From Octopus bimaculoides (lineage: Eukaryota), in NCBI RefSeq assembly GCF_001194135.2, contig NC_068985.1, forward strand, positions 117,748,575 through 117,781,825: a stretch of DNA of 33,251 nt, in the 5' to 3' direction. The notes under the pieces were generated by a model, which saw nothing but the letters and a program-made list of their open reading frames with translations, did not search any database and was not told where the DNA came from. Made by a program: the position numbers and the translations under genes. Below are positions 1-11,443 of the stretch, piece after piece (position 1 is the first letter of the stretch; each line of letters starts with the position of its first letter).

Positions 1-24
1 TGTATATGTAAATATATATTTATA

Positions 25-190
25 TGATAACGTATATGTATTATACAGACACACACACACTATCTCTCTCTCTCAATGTCTCTCTCTCTCCCTCTCTCTC
101 TCTCTCCCTCTCTATCTCCCTCTCTCCCTCTCTATCTCTCTCTCTCTATCTCCCTCTCTATCTCTCTCACATGCATGCACACACACACAC

Positions 191-235
<45 letters not shown>

Positions 236-686
236 AACTCTGGTCTCTGTATGTTCTTCCTAATTTATGTCTGCAGAGACGCGTATAAGTCGGTGCCTGT
301 AGCTGATATTTTCTTTATGTTCTCTGAATATATACCAGTTTACATGATGGGTGTGGTTGCCTGTATGTGAATGCATGTTTGTGTGTGTATGTGTGTGTGT
401 GTGTTTGTGCGTGTATGTACGTGTGTGTGTCTGTGGTGTGCGTATTTACGTGTATTTTCCAGTTTGCGTGTGGCTGAACGTTACTGCATGCGCAGCATCT
501 ACATAAATTATGAAAATTAGTGAAGAAAGGTGTCTGTTCACTTGATATTTGCAACTGGGAACATAATCGCTCTCTCTCTCTCTTTTTCTCTCTCTCCTTC
601 TCTCTCCCTCCCTGTTTCTCTCCTTCTCTCTCTCTCTCTCTCTTTCTACCTTTGTCTCTCTCTCTCTCTCTTTCTCTTTATCTCTC

Positions 687-738
<52 letters not shown>

Positions 739-740
739 CC
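25..740. repeat. Compound microsatellite block: (TA)n, (CA)n, (TC)n/(TCTCTA)n, (TG)n
   Basis: Directly visible tracts, e.g. (CA)n at about 177-230 and 690-737, and (TC)n at about 62-168 and 568-687. Confidence 0.97.
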
Positions 741-859
741 GCATTTTCTTGCATTCCTCAACAAGTCAAGCATTCATATATGATATCTACGGATGTGTGC
801 GTGTATATTTGCGGGTGTGACTGTGTTTTTCTCGCTAGATATTTGCAAACCCACACCAT

Positions 860-1220
860 ACTTTCTATTCACATGGTTTCGGGTTCGGTTCCACTGCGTG
901 GCATTTTGGGAATGTGTCTTCTACTCTAGCCTCGAGTCGACCAAAGTCTTATGAGTGGATTTGGTAAACGGAAAATGAAAGAAACCCGTCATGTGTGTGT
1001 GTGTGTTTGTCCCTTTGTCCCCCACTACCACCACTACTAATTGACTACTGGTGTTTGAGTTTATATCCTGATAACATGTCGGTTCGACAAAAACACTGAT
1101 AGAATAAGTATCAGGCTTTGAAAAAATTAGATACTTTGGTAGATTCGTTTAACTGAAACTTCTTCAAGGTCGTGCGCCATGATGACTGTAGTCTAATGAC
1201 TGAAACTGATAAAAGATATA
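860..1220 (+). mobile_element. tRNA-derived SINE, family A, copy A1 (5' end eroded)
   Basis: B-box-like GGGTTCGGTTCC, then GGGAATGTGTCTTCTACTCTAGCC...GAGTGGATTTGGTAAACGGAAA, an internal (TG)n, and a 3' half ending ATGACTGAAACTGATAAAAGATA. Colinear with copy A5 (10029-10446). Confidence 0.9.
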
Positions 1221-2481
1221 CAGTGTACGGTGAATAAATTGTCTAAATTACGCAAAAATGAAAATAACACATTTTATTTTAACATATATACGAAGCAAAA
1301 TTACATACTAAAGAGTAAATTTAGCCAATAAAATTGCCATTGGTTTCAATCACGGTCTCCAGACGATTTCGGAATCTCCTTCAACTCTTCTGGACGGTCT
1401 CCCTGTTTAAGTTGGTGAATGCTGCCATAATCCTTGCCTTCAGTTCATCTTTGGTGTTACAAGGAGTTTTGTTGGTCTCTCGCTCAACTGCGCCCCATAC
1501 GTAATAAAGGGGATTGCAGTCTGGGGAGTTAGGTGGCCAGACGTTAGGGGGTGATGTGGTACAGAAATTGCCTGACAACTATGACTGGGTTCTCCTGCGC
1601 GTGTGGCATGGTGCAGAGTCCTGTTGCCAGACATACGTTTTTTTCCAGCAGCAACCCTCTTCACCCAGGGCAGTACTACTTCCTCCAGGCCCTTGATGTA
1701 GGCCTCGGGTTGAGTTTGAGGCCGTGTGGGAATATAAATGGGGGCATAACGTCGCCATCACTACCAATCACTCCAAACACCATGATGTTGACTGGATGTT
1801 CGATCTTTATTACTCTCGGTACATGTTTTGGAGACACGGCAAACCTGTAGTCGTTCTATATGTGTTCACCATCTGATCCTGGCAGAAATTTTTCTCGTTT
1901 GAGAAAAATCAAAGCATAATCGGCTGGAGGAGATGCTTGAGTTTGTTCATAAGCTTCGTAATGCAGTCGTTCCTCTTGTCCTTGATGGCTTGGGATATAA
2001 ATTGGCCCTTTCTCGTTTTGTAGGGGAATACTGAATGTCTTCATGCACTACCGGCCTCATAAGAAACTCAGATACTTCCATGTCCCTGGCGATGGACCTG
2101 ATGGACTCGGAGGGATCGTTGTCAATCATGGGCTGGATCTCACCAACAGATTCAGGAGTTATTTTCTTATCAGAACGATTGGAGTGAGTTTTCCGAGCCG
2201 CCGTACCTTCATAATCACCATTAGACTCATCCAACTTTTTCTGAATCTTCTGCTGTCCTCAGATTGAAATGTTCGTATTGGAACTTCCAACGCGAATGCC
2301 AAGCAGTACAGTGTGTCGTTTCCAAATTTCTGGCAGAGTGAATTGCGTCAATTTGCTGTTTTTCGTACCGACGGTGTCCAGCTGACCCTACTATACTGTG
2401 CGGTCGACAAAATCAAGAACAAACAATGCGCATGCGCAAAATTAAGCATATAAAACGGCGACAATTTATCCATTCACCCTG
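1221..2481 (-). mobile_element. Tc1/mariner DNA transposon, DD37D (maT-type), near full length (about 1.26 kb), inactive
   Basis: Imperfect terminal inverted repeats CAGTGTACGGTGAATAAATTGTC (1221-1243) and GACAATTTATCCATTCACCCTG (2460-2481). TA lies at 1219-1220 and TG/TA at the other end. The interior encodes a decayed transposase. Confidence 0.92.
1321..2351 (-). pseudogene. DD37D transposase pseudogene (frameshifts and stops)
   Basis: Manual translation gives the HTH-like segment MIDNDPSESIRSIARDMEVSEFLMRPVVHEDI, FFSNEKNFCQDQ (first catalytic D changed to N, codon 1897-1899), WQQDSAPCHT, and WPPNSPDCNPLYYVWGAVERE. There are 37 residues between the second D and the expected third-D position, which reads Y. 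The frame ends ETNGNFIG* at 1321. Confidence 0.9.
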
Positions 2482-2639
2482 TGTATATATCTACTCCCTG
2501 TAGTTTGCTTTGTAAGTGCGTTTACAATATCGGCTACCAGACAGTTTTACAACGAAAACTGATCGTATTACTGAAGATACAACTGGAAATTACTTATAAT
2601 TTATACACTCCTAATGTTTATCTATTGTATCGGACCACA

Positions 2640-2856
2640 CATTCTATGTGATCCGTAGCCTGATACATCAAGGCGCTTATTTACAGCGGTTGCTCGTAAT
2701 GTGAACTGTTCAGGAACTCATTTACAGCTGGGTAAACTGGAGCAACGTGAAATGAAGTGTTTTGCTCAAGAACACAACATACCACCCGGTTTAGAAAACG
2801 AAACCACGACCTTACAATCGTAAGTGTAATGCTCTAAACCACGAGGCCACGTGCCT
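2640..2856 (-). mobile_element. tRNA-derived CORE-type SINE, family B, copy B1
   Basis: Reverse complement has a degenerate A/B-box head and TGTTGTGTTCTTGAGCAAAACACTTCATTTCACGTTGCTCCAGTTTACCCAGCTGTAAATGAG, matching B6 and resembling the CORE domain. The left boundary is approximate. Confidence 0.85.
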
Positions 2857-3149
2857 TTAAGCTTAGAGTACTTGTACTAAGTATTTGTCCCACCAAAACT
2901 TCCCTCATAACATTACATCTTCTTACCCCATCTTAACTGTCTCTATTTACAGAATAAAAAGACGACCTTCATTATATAATGATATTCAGGCCATCTTGTG
3001 TTGTTTTATTTTTTTATTGTTTAATCAAATTAGAAATATTTTAATGATTTTTGACAGTCACTGATTAGAGTTGGATGAATATTGATCTGTGTTTGTTTTT
3101 TCGACGCCATTAAACTATTCGGTAACCACTTCTGTATTCTATTGATCAA

Positions 3150-4290
3150 ATATCGGAAGCTATTTTGGGTTTATGTTGCTTCTAAATAGTATTGGTTATT
3201 CTATGTCTGATTAAGTGGAAGGGTATCACCCATGATCTATTTTCCTTGGCCTGCGAGACGGCCGATGGCAAAGTAGCATATGTTCGTATTAATTATGTTA
3301 ATTCAACGACACCAGGCATTTCGGCTTTTGTTTTCTTTTATTTTTGTTTTTTTAATGAAGCTATCGTCCTTACATGTGCACATGAGCAAGCAAAGTTTAT
3401 TTCACTGGTAGAACAAGCAGATAGGCGAAACTTGAAATCCAAATCAATTTGATCTTCACAATAAATTTCATTCTAATATCAGTACAGACTTATGCCAACA
3501 GTAAATGGCACCAAATCAACGGCACCAATCTAAGTCTCACTCTTATTTCCTCCTTATTTCCTCCTGAAGTTGTTATTTAACTACAGGTCAACGGTGATCT
3601 GCTACTATGACTACACTTCTCAGTTAACGACTATAGAGTCTCTTTTTCTTTTTTCTGCAAACGCAGAGCTTCTAGGATTGCATTTTTAAAGCGTCCTTTT
3701 ATTTTGAGACGTTAGTATGTGATTCGAAGCAGATTTGGCAGCCATTTCTAATAGATCAAATAACCATCTACAGTTTTATGGATCAATGAAGTCTTGTATT
3801 TTATTATGTCATTCTAGTATTACTGAGATTTTATGTTTGTAGCTCTGTGTTGTGCTTTTCATTTGATTTCTTTCGATAAGCCACTCTTAGATGTTTTGTA
3901 GGAAACTATCACGTTATTGTATAAGTTGTTGTTGTAGGAATCTTTACTTAACTCACAGATTTCCTTGTTTTCTCAGCAAATACGAACACGTTTTTAGGGG
4001 ATTTTATTGTGTTTATATTCTAGCTTGGCTTATGTTAAAAATTATTGATTCTGCTTCTGAATATTTTATTCTTGATTAAATAAATGTGGACATTTTCAAA
4101 GGCATCTGAGTCTTTGTTTTCAGATGAACATTTCCGGCATTTGAATCTAAGGTCGTGTTCCCCGTGCCTGGTCCTCTTCTTCATGCCTTTATCGTTGACG
4201 TAAACCTTCCATCGCATACGCTTTATCAAACTTTCCATTTGCTCGAAGAGTAAATAGACTTTCAGAAGTGGAATAGGAATATCTTTATCA
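3150..4290 (-). mobile_element. Decayed Penelope-like element (PLE), N-terminal/RT region, probably Naiad-type
   Basis: Translation gives KDIPIPLLKVYLLFEQMESLIKRMRWKVY...FKCRKCSSENKDSDAFEN...LIKNKIFR...IKSPKNVFVFAEKTRN/CELSKDSYNNNLYNNV (4286 down to about 3880). This resembles the KNIPIP..IKRMRWKA..ADKTRNLY N-terminus of invertebrate PLE ORFs. The extension below about 3850 (e.g. CKDDSF for YRDDGL) is much weaker. Confidence 0.65.
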
Positions 4291-5659
4291 AGTAGTTCTG
4301 TTTTATTCTTTCTGTTTTATTCTTTGTTTTATTCTTTCTGTTTTGTTCTTTCTTCTTATTTGTAATCCGCGTTTATATTTAATATTTATATCCATTGATA
4401 GCTCTCAACTGAGAATAGCAACGATAGTATATCGTTATGTTGCACAAACACATCAAAAATGCCCAGTACACTCTTTTGCTTAAAGCATATAGGATCTATT
4501 GTATGTGTTTGTAGTAACTATGGCTACTAATCCATATCTAATGGCTTCCTGCAACCAGCACTCATCGATAACAAGAAATGACCACCTTAAAATCAGGGCA
4601 GAGAGAAGCACTCTTACTGTTATCAAACAACATTTTCTAAACAGTACAGTCGCTTTGCTTTTTTTTTTATATATATATATGAGGAGCTTCATTTACGAAA
4701 TGACATCAAAAACTAATGTTGCAGCCAATTGTAACAACAGCACGTGCAAGTATTTTGTTGAAGTAAAGTACCATTCTTGATTTACAAAGACAAAACCCAC
4801 TTGCAGTAACCCAGAAACTTATCCAGGAGTGAAGTAGGTTTGTTCCTCATCTACTTAAACCTCAAATATTGTAAGATGAACACAAACACACACCGGACGA
4901 TGATACGAGCTCGGCAAAAAAGGAACAATAAGATCCGTATTATAATACTTAATATGTAACGTAGTTGTTTGGGTAAGAATCACGATTGAACAAACCTAGC
5001 ATAGTGCTCGCCCAACCAGAAAAGCAGAGAGACCTGGACATCCGTTTTCAAAACCTGGTTATCTATTAACAGTTCAATGAGGCTCATATTAACTGAAATA
5101 ATACGAATCAACTCTGTATGAGTTCATTAATATTGTTGTTCTTTAGCCCTAGGTTATTCCTGGTTGATTATACTCATGATTAGATGCTATTTAATCCAGG
5201 TCACCTGACCGGGACTACATTCTTGGATGTATTATTTCCATACGTAAGATGGTAGTAAATAAATTTAGTGAGATTTGGTTGCTGTTTCTAGCACATGTAT
5301 CAGCCACGAGAAGGCTTCATCTGGTTTATGTTTGTATGTATGTAAGTATATGTAATGACTTCTATATAAGTGTGTGTATCTGCATATACATATATGTGTG
5401 GGAATGAGAGTGTACGCATTTAGCTTATCAATAACATTGCTTCCAATAGAATATTGATACATCAAAGGGAAAATCCAATTCTAGTGAACGACCATTCCGT
5501 TCACAGAACAATGGAATCTTTGAGATTTCAATATTCTTCAAAGACTTTTATTGTTCCTGCTTTATTAGTCTTTACTCCTAATTTCATTCGCGTTATACAT
5601 TATTCTATATTCATTTTTTTTATATTTTATTTTATGTTTAAAACATTCTAGAAAATACC

Positions 5660-6089
5660 TTAACAGCTATTGTCACTTTGTTATTCATTAATCTTTATTC
5701 ATGTTAATCTTCATTCGTTAATCACAATTTAGTCATTTTTGTTTGCTGTTCCTATATATTTAAGAAATTAATATTTCTCTTACTTTGCAATTTTCCGTTA
5801 TATTCTCTAATCAATAGTTGCCTTAGTTTTCATTCATTAATCATTTTATTATTCTCCTTGTTATTCTCAGCTATAGTTTAAGATAATTTTCAGTTTTTGT
5901 TTTTGTTTTTTGTTTTTGGGGTTTTTTTTTGTTCTTTTCACTTTATTTTTCTTTGTTACGGTTAGCCTTTATTCATTAATCATCTGTTTGATATTATCAG
6001 CTAGTTAATTATATTTGATAATCTTCCGTATATTGTTCATATTAGTCTTTATTCATTTACCATATTTTGCTATTTCTCTTTGTTATCCG

Positions 6090-6122
<33 letters not shown>

Positions 6123-6200
6123 TTAAATAGCCTTTATGTTTTTTTAGATTCTTATTTTTGGTCTTTATTCATCTGAGTCCTTATGTTTTAATCATTGTTT
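5660..6200. repeat. Degenerate AT-rich repeat with recurring (C/T)CTTTATTCATTAATC motif
   Basis: Variants of the motif recur at about 5675, 5692, 5832, 5968, 6046 and 6161, with irregular spacing. Confidence 0.55.
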
Positions 6201-7022
6201 TGTCATTTCACTTTTGTTTTGTTATTTCTGGTCGTTGTTCCTATACATACATACATACATACATACATACATACATACATACGTGCTGTTTGTGATGTTT
6301 TCTTATGTTTTTCTTTCTTTGGACTTTTCCGCTTTCTGTTTTCCTTTTGGACGAAGAGATTTACTCGAAACGTCAAGAGTTCTCTCTTTTTACAGAACGT
6401 CATGCTAATACATTCCATGTGCACGTCTTCTTGTTGTTTGTTGCTGTTATTTTTAATGTTCGTTCATCGATATGATTGTCATTAGTCTGCAGTGATCCTG
6501 CAGCACTGCCTTTATGAATTTTAATTGTTCACATAGACAGCATAATTGTTTCCTGCATACAGGATCCCGAATGGCCTCCGCGGATAGCTGTGGAGGTCAC
6601 AACGTGGGACGTAGCGTAGGAATTTTTTGACCTCAAAGAAATATTCTTCACGGCGCCGGGCAATGCCGACACGCCACTCAAGGAGTACCTAGAGAGGGCG
6701 TTAGTGAAAAGAGGTTGCAGATATGGGGGGGGGGCTAAAAGCCCCAGTGAAGTATATGAACATTTATAAGAGGCTTGTTGCCTAATATAAATAGGAAGAA
6801 CATTTGTGTTAATAATTTGTTTTATAAATTTGACCGACTTGTATTGAACAAAGTTTTATAGAGGTTATCTGTCGGCGGCGCCGGTGCCTCTCCCATTTTC
6901 ATTCTTTATTGTGCATTCATCTTCATTCATTAATGTCCGTGTCCAGCCCGTAGCTTCTTTGTTTGTTTTGCTTTGTTTTTCCCCTCTATTTAACGCCGTA
7001 TGGCGATTTTTTTATGAAATAA

Positions 7023-7176
7023 CGAAGCTTGCTTCCCAACCACTTTGTTCCGAGTTCAGTCCCACTGCATGGCACCTTGGGCATGTGTCTTCTACTATAA
7101 CCTCGGGCCGAGGAAATCCTTGTGAATGGATTTGGTAGACGGAAACTGAAAGAAGCTTGTCGTATATGTATGTATG
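7023..7176 (+). mobile_element. Family A SINE, copy A2 (5' half only)
   Basis: GCTTGCTTCCCAACCAC..GAGTTCAGTCCCACTGCATGGCACCTTGGGCATGTGTCTTCTACTATAACCTCGGGCCG..GGATTTGGTAGACGGAAACTGAAAGAAGC, ending in (TATG)n. Confidence 0.92.
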
Positions 7177-7349
7177 CATAAAATAAACCACAAATGGCGT
7201 TTAAAATGTACGACACCTGTTTCGGTAAGTTTATTTTATGCAGTCATAAAAGATTGCATAGTTATATACAATCCACCATCATCAGGTAAAGTTTTAAGCA
7301 TGTCAAATATTAAACATACTTTTATTATATACGTGACGTGATGGCCTGA

Positions 7350-7485
7350 CTCTCTGTTGTCGTCTATCAAATTCACTCACAAAGTACTCGACCGTCCGGT
7401 GCTATAATAGAAGACACTCGCCCAAGGTGCCGCGCAGTGGGACTGAACCCGACACAACGTGGTTGCAAAGCGATCGTCTAAACCG
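7350..7485 (-). mobile_element. Family A SINE, copy A3 (5' part, diverged)
   Basis: Plus-strand ATAGAAGACACTCGCCCAAGGTGCCGCGCAGTGGGACTGAACCCG is the reverse complement of the family A head. Confidence 0.85.
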
Positions 7486-7959
7486 TACTGGTACGAGGAT
7501 GAACGATACTTATCTTTAAGTATTAGTACGGTGGTATTGTGCAATGAACCCATAGTATTAACCCTGTTTGTGTACGCGAATGTATATAATAAACGGAAGA
7601 GCTCATAGCAAAAGTTTTCTTTGCAATGAACCTTATGGTTTTCTCTATAATGTGTTGAAAAGGAACGCTGGGGTACGAGTGAATTACTGAAATTACACGT
7701 CATACCTTCTGCTATTCACTTATTCAGTCTGTTACATCATGTGCCGTGCATTATGCATTTATAGGGTATGCTTTGAAATCAGTGCAGATCAATTTAGGCA
7801 TGTCACGATGGTTTGAAATTAATTATATTTCATATATTTTATTTATTAAATACAGCGTAGAGGAAATTCGAAGGCAGCAAACCAGAGGGCGGTTCTAGTA
7901 CTACAAGTTAGTATATTTAGGTGTACGCCATCGCACACTCTTATATTTTCTGTTTGTTC

Positions 7960-8290
7960 TCATCCATGATTTCAAGGAAACCGCATCAATCGTATCAAGT
8001 CCTCCAGTCATTCTACTGGTTGATGGTTTGGTATTTGTATAGCCCATGTTAGCTTTTTCTAAACGTGTTGTATGCATCTGTTCCATAAAGTTACATTCCT
8101 GTCAGAATACGTGTTTGAAATATTCCATTTCGTGGCCTGTAAGTTGGTTCTTCACTCTATTGAGGGCCTCACGTTTGTCTTTCTTTTTGGTGGCAAATTA
8201 TTTGTACAGCTTAAATTTCAGAAAGATTTAGTTTTAGTTTCAACATACAGCTTCAGATCACAACACTTTCCTGGCAAATACAACTCCGAA
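7960..8290 (-). mobile_element. Probable decayed GIY-YIG endonuclease fragment of a Penelope-like element
   Basis: Frameshifted translation gives GVVF..PGKCCDLKLYV..., then TGHEMEYFKHVF*QE and RLEKANMGYTNTKPSTSRMTGGLDTI. This loosely follows the GVVY.IPC..C...YVGET / GH.IDW..V.ILDQE / KPSINRD.G layout of PLE endonucleases. Confidence 0.4.
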
Positions 8291-8917
8291 ATATTTATTT
8301 CATTATTTTTTTTTTCTTTCTCTCTAGTATTAAAGTGAGATGGAAGTTGATGTAATTTCTCTTCCGTAGAAAATATATACAAACATTAAACAAGATATAC
8401 TCATTTATCTTTTAAGTATATCATTTAAACATACACCAGTATATGTATGCCTGATATGGGTGGTCTACATTAATGATATAAAAGTGATGTTTTCTTTAGA
8501 CAACCTAATATGAAACACATGTGATTCTATAATCCAAAACGCATGTTTACTTTCATTTCGGCAGCCATTTCATTTTACACTTTTTTTTTCAGACAATTCA
8601 CGTTACTTTGTTATATTATCTAATTAATTCATCTTTCGTTTATTATTAATAACATTTCTTTTTTGTATTTACATTTTTTAAAAATATTCTTTATACGCTA
8701 CGTTTCTATATATCTTTTTACTGTGAACTGTGTTTATTCTTCAACAAATGTTCATCAACAAATCGCTGACAGCTGAAAGCAGCTAATTTGAAATAGCACT
8801 ATGAAAATTGCGTTTCCAAAACTTATTAAATAATATTAATTGTCCGAATGACTTGTTGACCTACATCTACAGATACTGGATACACATGTGCAGATGCGTA
8901 ATTCTCAAATACTGTAG

Positions 8918-8973
<56 letters not shown>

Positions 8974-9402
8974 CATACACACACACACATGTATATATAN
9001 NNNNNNNNNNNNNNNNNNNNNNNNNNNNNNNNNNNNNNNNNNNNNNNNNNNNNNNNNNNNNNNNNNNNNNNNNNNNNNNNNNNNNNNNNNNNNNNNNNNN
9101 NNNNNNNNNNNNNNNNNNNNNNNNTATATATAGTGAGAGGGAGCACAGAGAGAGAGTATAAGATACCAAGACACTTTTTTCTTTGATTCTCTCTTTTTCA
9201 CATTTTACAAAAGTAGAAAGAGAAAGCAATGTCTGTGCTGAGTGATATGGAACAAGAAGAATTATAGAAAGACAGGAACTAGATAGCCTCACAGACTGAA
9301 AGAGGGATCGAGTGATAAAGAACGAATGAGAAATAGACACACACAGAGTCACACAGAAAAATAGATAGATAGATAGATAGATAGATGCAGGGATAAATAG
9401 AG

Positions 9403-9566
9403 AGGCAGAGATCTGGCTGCATGGTAATAAGTTTGCTTCCCAATCATTTAGTCTAGACTTCAGTCCCAATGTGCGGCACCTTGTCTTAAACTATAGCCCC
9501 GGGCCGACAAAAGCTTTGTGAGAGGATTTGGTAGACAGAAACTGAAAGAAGCCCGTCGTATATATG

Positions 9567-9624
<58 letters not shown>

Positions 9625-9800
9625 ATTGTGTGTGTATTATATATATATATATATTGTGTGTGTGTTTGTATTTGTCCTCCACCACAGCTTAACAACAGGT
9701 ATTGGTTTGTTTACGTCCACATAGCCTAGCAGTTCAGCAAAAAGACACTCTCCAGCATTGCCGCAGTCTAAAGACTAAAACAAGTACAAGATAAAAGATA
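9403..9800 (+). mobile_element. Family A SINE, copy A4 (internal deletion in 3' half)
   Basis: Head, GGATTTGGTAGACAGAAACTGAAAGAAGCCCGTCG, a long (TG)n at about 9565-9665, and tail CCAGCATTGCCGCAGTCTAAAGACTAAAACAAGTACAAGATAAAAGATA. It lacks the segment seen in A5 at about 10328-10390. Confidence 0.9.
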
Positions 9801-9839
9801 TGGCGTACTGATGATCCTTGCCCATCCACTCCAGAAAAC

Positions 9840-9965
9840 ACATAGGGAATGATTCACAAGCGCTCAAGCAGACCGAGTCCTCAACTTGTTCCATTTGCCC
9901 CAAAATGTTTACAAGGCACCAGCAGGGCTCAAGAGACACATTCGTGTCCATAGAACAGGATTAAT
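9840..9965 (+). mobile_element. 3' fragment of an RTE-clade LINE (C-terminal C2H2-like finger)
   Basis: TCSICPK (9884-9904), then after a frameshift YKAPAGLKRHIRVHR (9910-9954). This fits the C-x2-C...GL..H.R.H finger at the C-terminus of RTE ORFs. Confidence 0.5.
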
Positions 9966-10028
9966 GCTTTATCTTACTGAACCTTCTTTTGTAGTTCACA
10001 AGAGAATTCACCATCATCATATAAATAT

Positions 10029-10443
10029 GGAGAGGCTGTGTGGTAAGTAGCTTGCTTATCAACTACGTGGTTCCGGGTTCAGTCCCACTGTGCGGGGCCT
10101 TGGGTAAGTGTCTTCTATTATAACCTCAGGCCGACCCAAAACTTATGAGTGGATTTGGTAAACGGAAACTGAAAGAAGCTCGTCGTATATATATGTATGT
10201 GTGTGTCTGTGTGTGTGTAGGTGCGTGTGTATATGTTTGTGTGTCTGCGTTTGTCCCCCACCATCGCCTGACAACCGATGTTGGTGTGTTTACGTCTCCG
10301 TAACTTAGCCGTTTGGCAAAAGTCACCGATAGAATAAGTACTAGGCTTACAAAGAAAAAGTCCTGTGGACGATTTGTTCGACTAAAGGTGGTGTTCCAGC
10401 ATGGCCACACTCAAATGACTAAAACAAATAAAGGAGTAAAAGA

Positions 10444-10446
<3 letters not shown>
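10029..10446 (+). mobile_element. Family A SINE, copy A5 (most complete)
   Basis: A-box-like AGGCTGTGTGG, B-box-like GGGTTCAGTCCC (10075-10086), central domain, internal (TA)/(TG) tract, complete 3' half ending AAAGGAGTAAAAGAGTA, followed by (TA)n. Confidence 0.95.
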
Positions 10447-10501
<55 letters not shown>

Positions 10502-11390
10502 CAAATAATAAGCAACACGGATTTCAAAAGTGATTGCAGTACGCACGTTTCATGCTACTTCAATTTATTTAAGTAATGTGAGCATTACCTTAAATGCAAT
10601 ATGAAGAGCAATCTTCAGCTGCACGAAAAAATGTAGAAAAAAGACATATTACAAATGTGGCAACATATTAAAACCAAGTGGGAGAGAGCAGATATACATA
10701 TATATATATACATACATACACACACACACACACATACACACATACACATATATCGTTAAGTAGAATGTTATACAAAGCTCGTCTACAGTTATTGGCTACA
10801 TAATGTCATCATACAGTAGAAATACTCCTGCTAATGGATATACTTCTAAAGAGACAAGGAAGCGGTTGATTAAGTACTGACATGATCAGCTCTAACCACC
10901 TTATCACTTACTATCTCTAACCGTTTAATTTTACTCTTCATTTTACTCTTTAGTCTCTTTAGTGCTTTCTTCCTTAGAATCTGATCATTTAGTTAAAATA
11001 ATGATTCATAGCCAACCAGACCGTTCCCTTTTTGTTTTTTTTTTCTATCTTTATTTGCATATTTTGTACTTTTATTGTAGTTGTATTTTGTCTGTCACAA
11101 AATCCGTGGTTTTAGTTTTTGTCTGTAAACTGCAGGAAACGATACATCACTTTGAGTATTCATTATTTAACTGTGTGAAATGGCGAGAAGATCTAACGAA
11201 GAACTTATTTACACAATCACCTGAGGAAGCGCATTTTACGCCTTGGATGTAAGGTAATCATTGTACAACATCTCGTCTATGTACTAAAGGTGTAAGAATG
11301 TGTCAAAACAATTGTAGTGATTTTTAGATAAGGAATGTCATTCATTCCATTTTGTGTCCTCTCTCTCGCTATATATATATATATATATAT

Positions 11391-11443
<53 letters not shown>

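Noticed and set aside
4385-4455. Hammerhead-ribozyme-like arrangement next to the PLE relic (CTGAGA..stem..CAAAC)
   Set aside because: The core does not match CUGANGA/GAAA and the flanking stems cannot be drawn; only a 7-bp stem (AACGATA/TATCGTT) is real.
4380-5100. Further LINE/PLE remnants (e.g. EKQRDLDI near 5020)
   Set aside because: Only a single short motif; there is no colinear series to support an assignment.
7195-7232. Short ATG exon MAFKMYDTCF ending at G|GTAAGT
   Set aside because: It lies just after a SINE's microsatellite end with no promoter or acceptor support, and is within chance expectation for GTAAGT.
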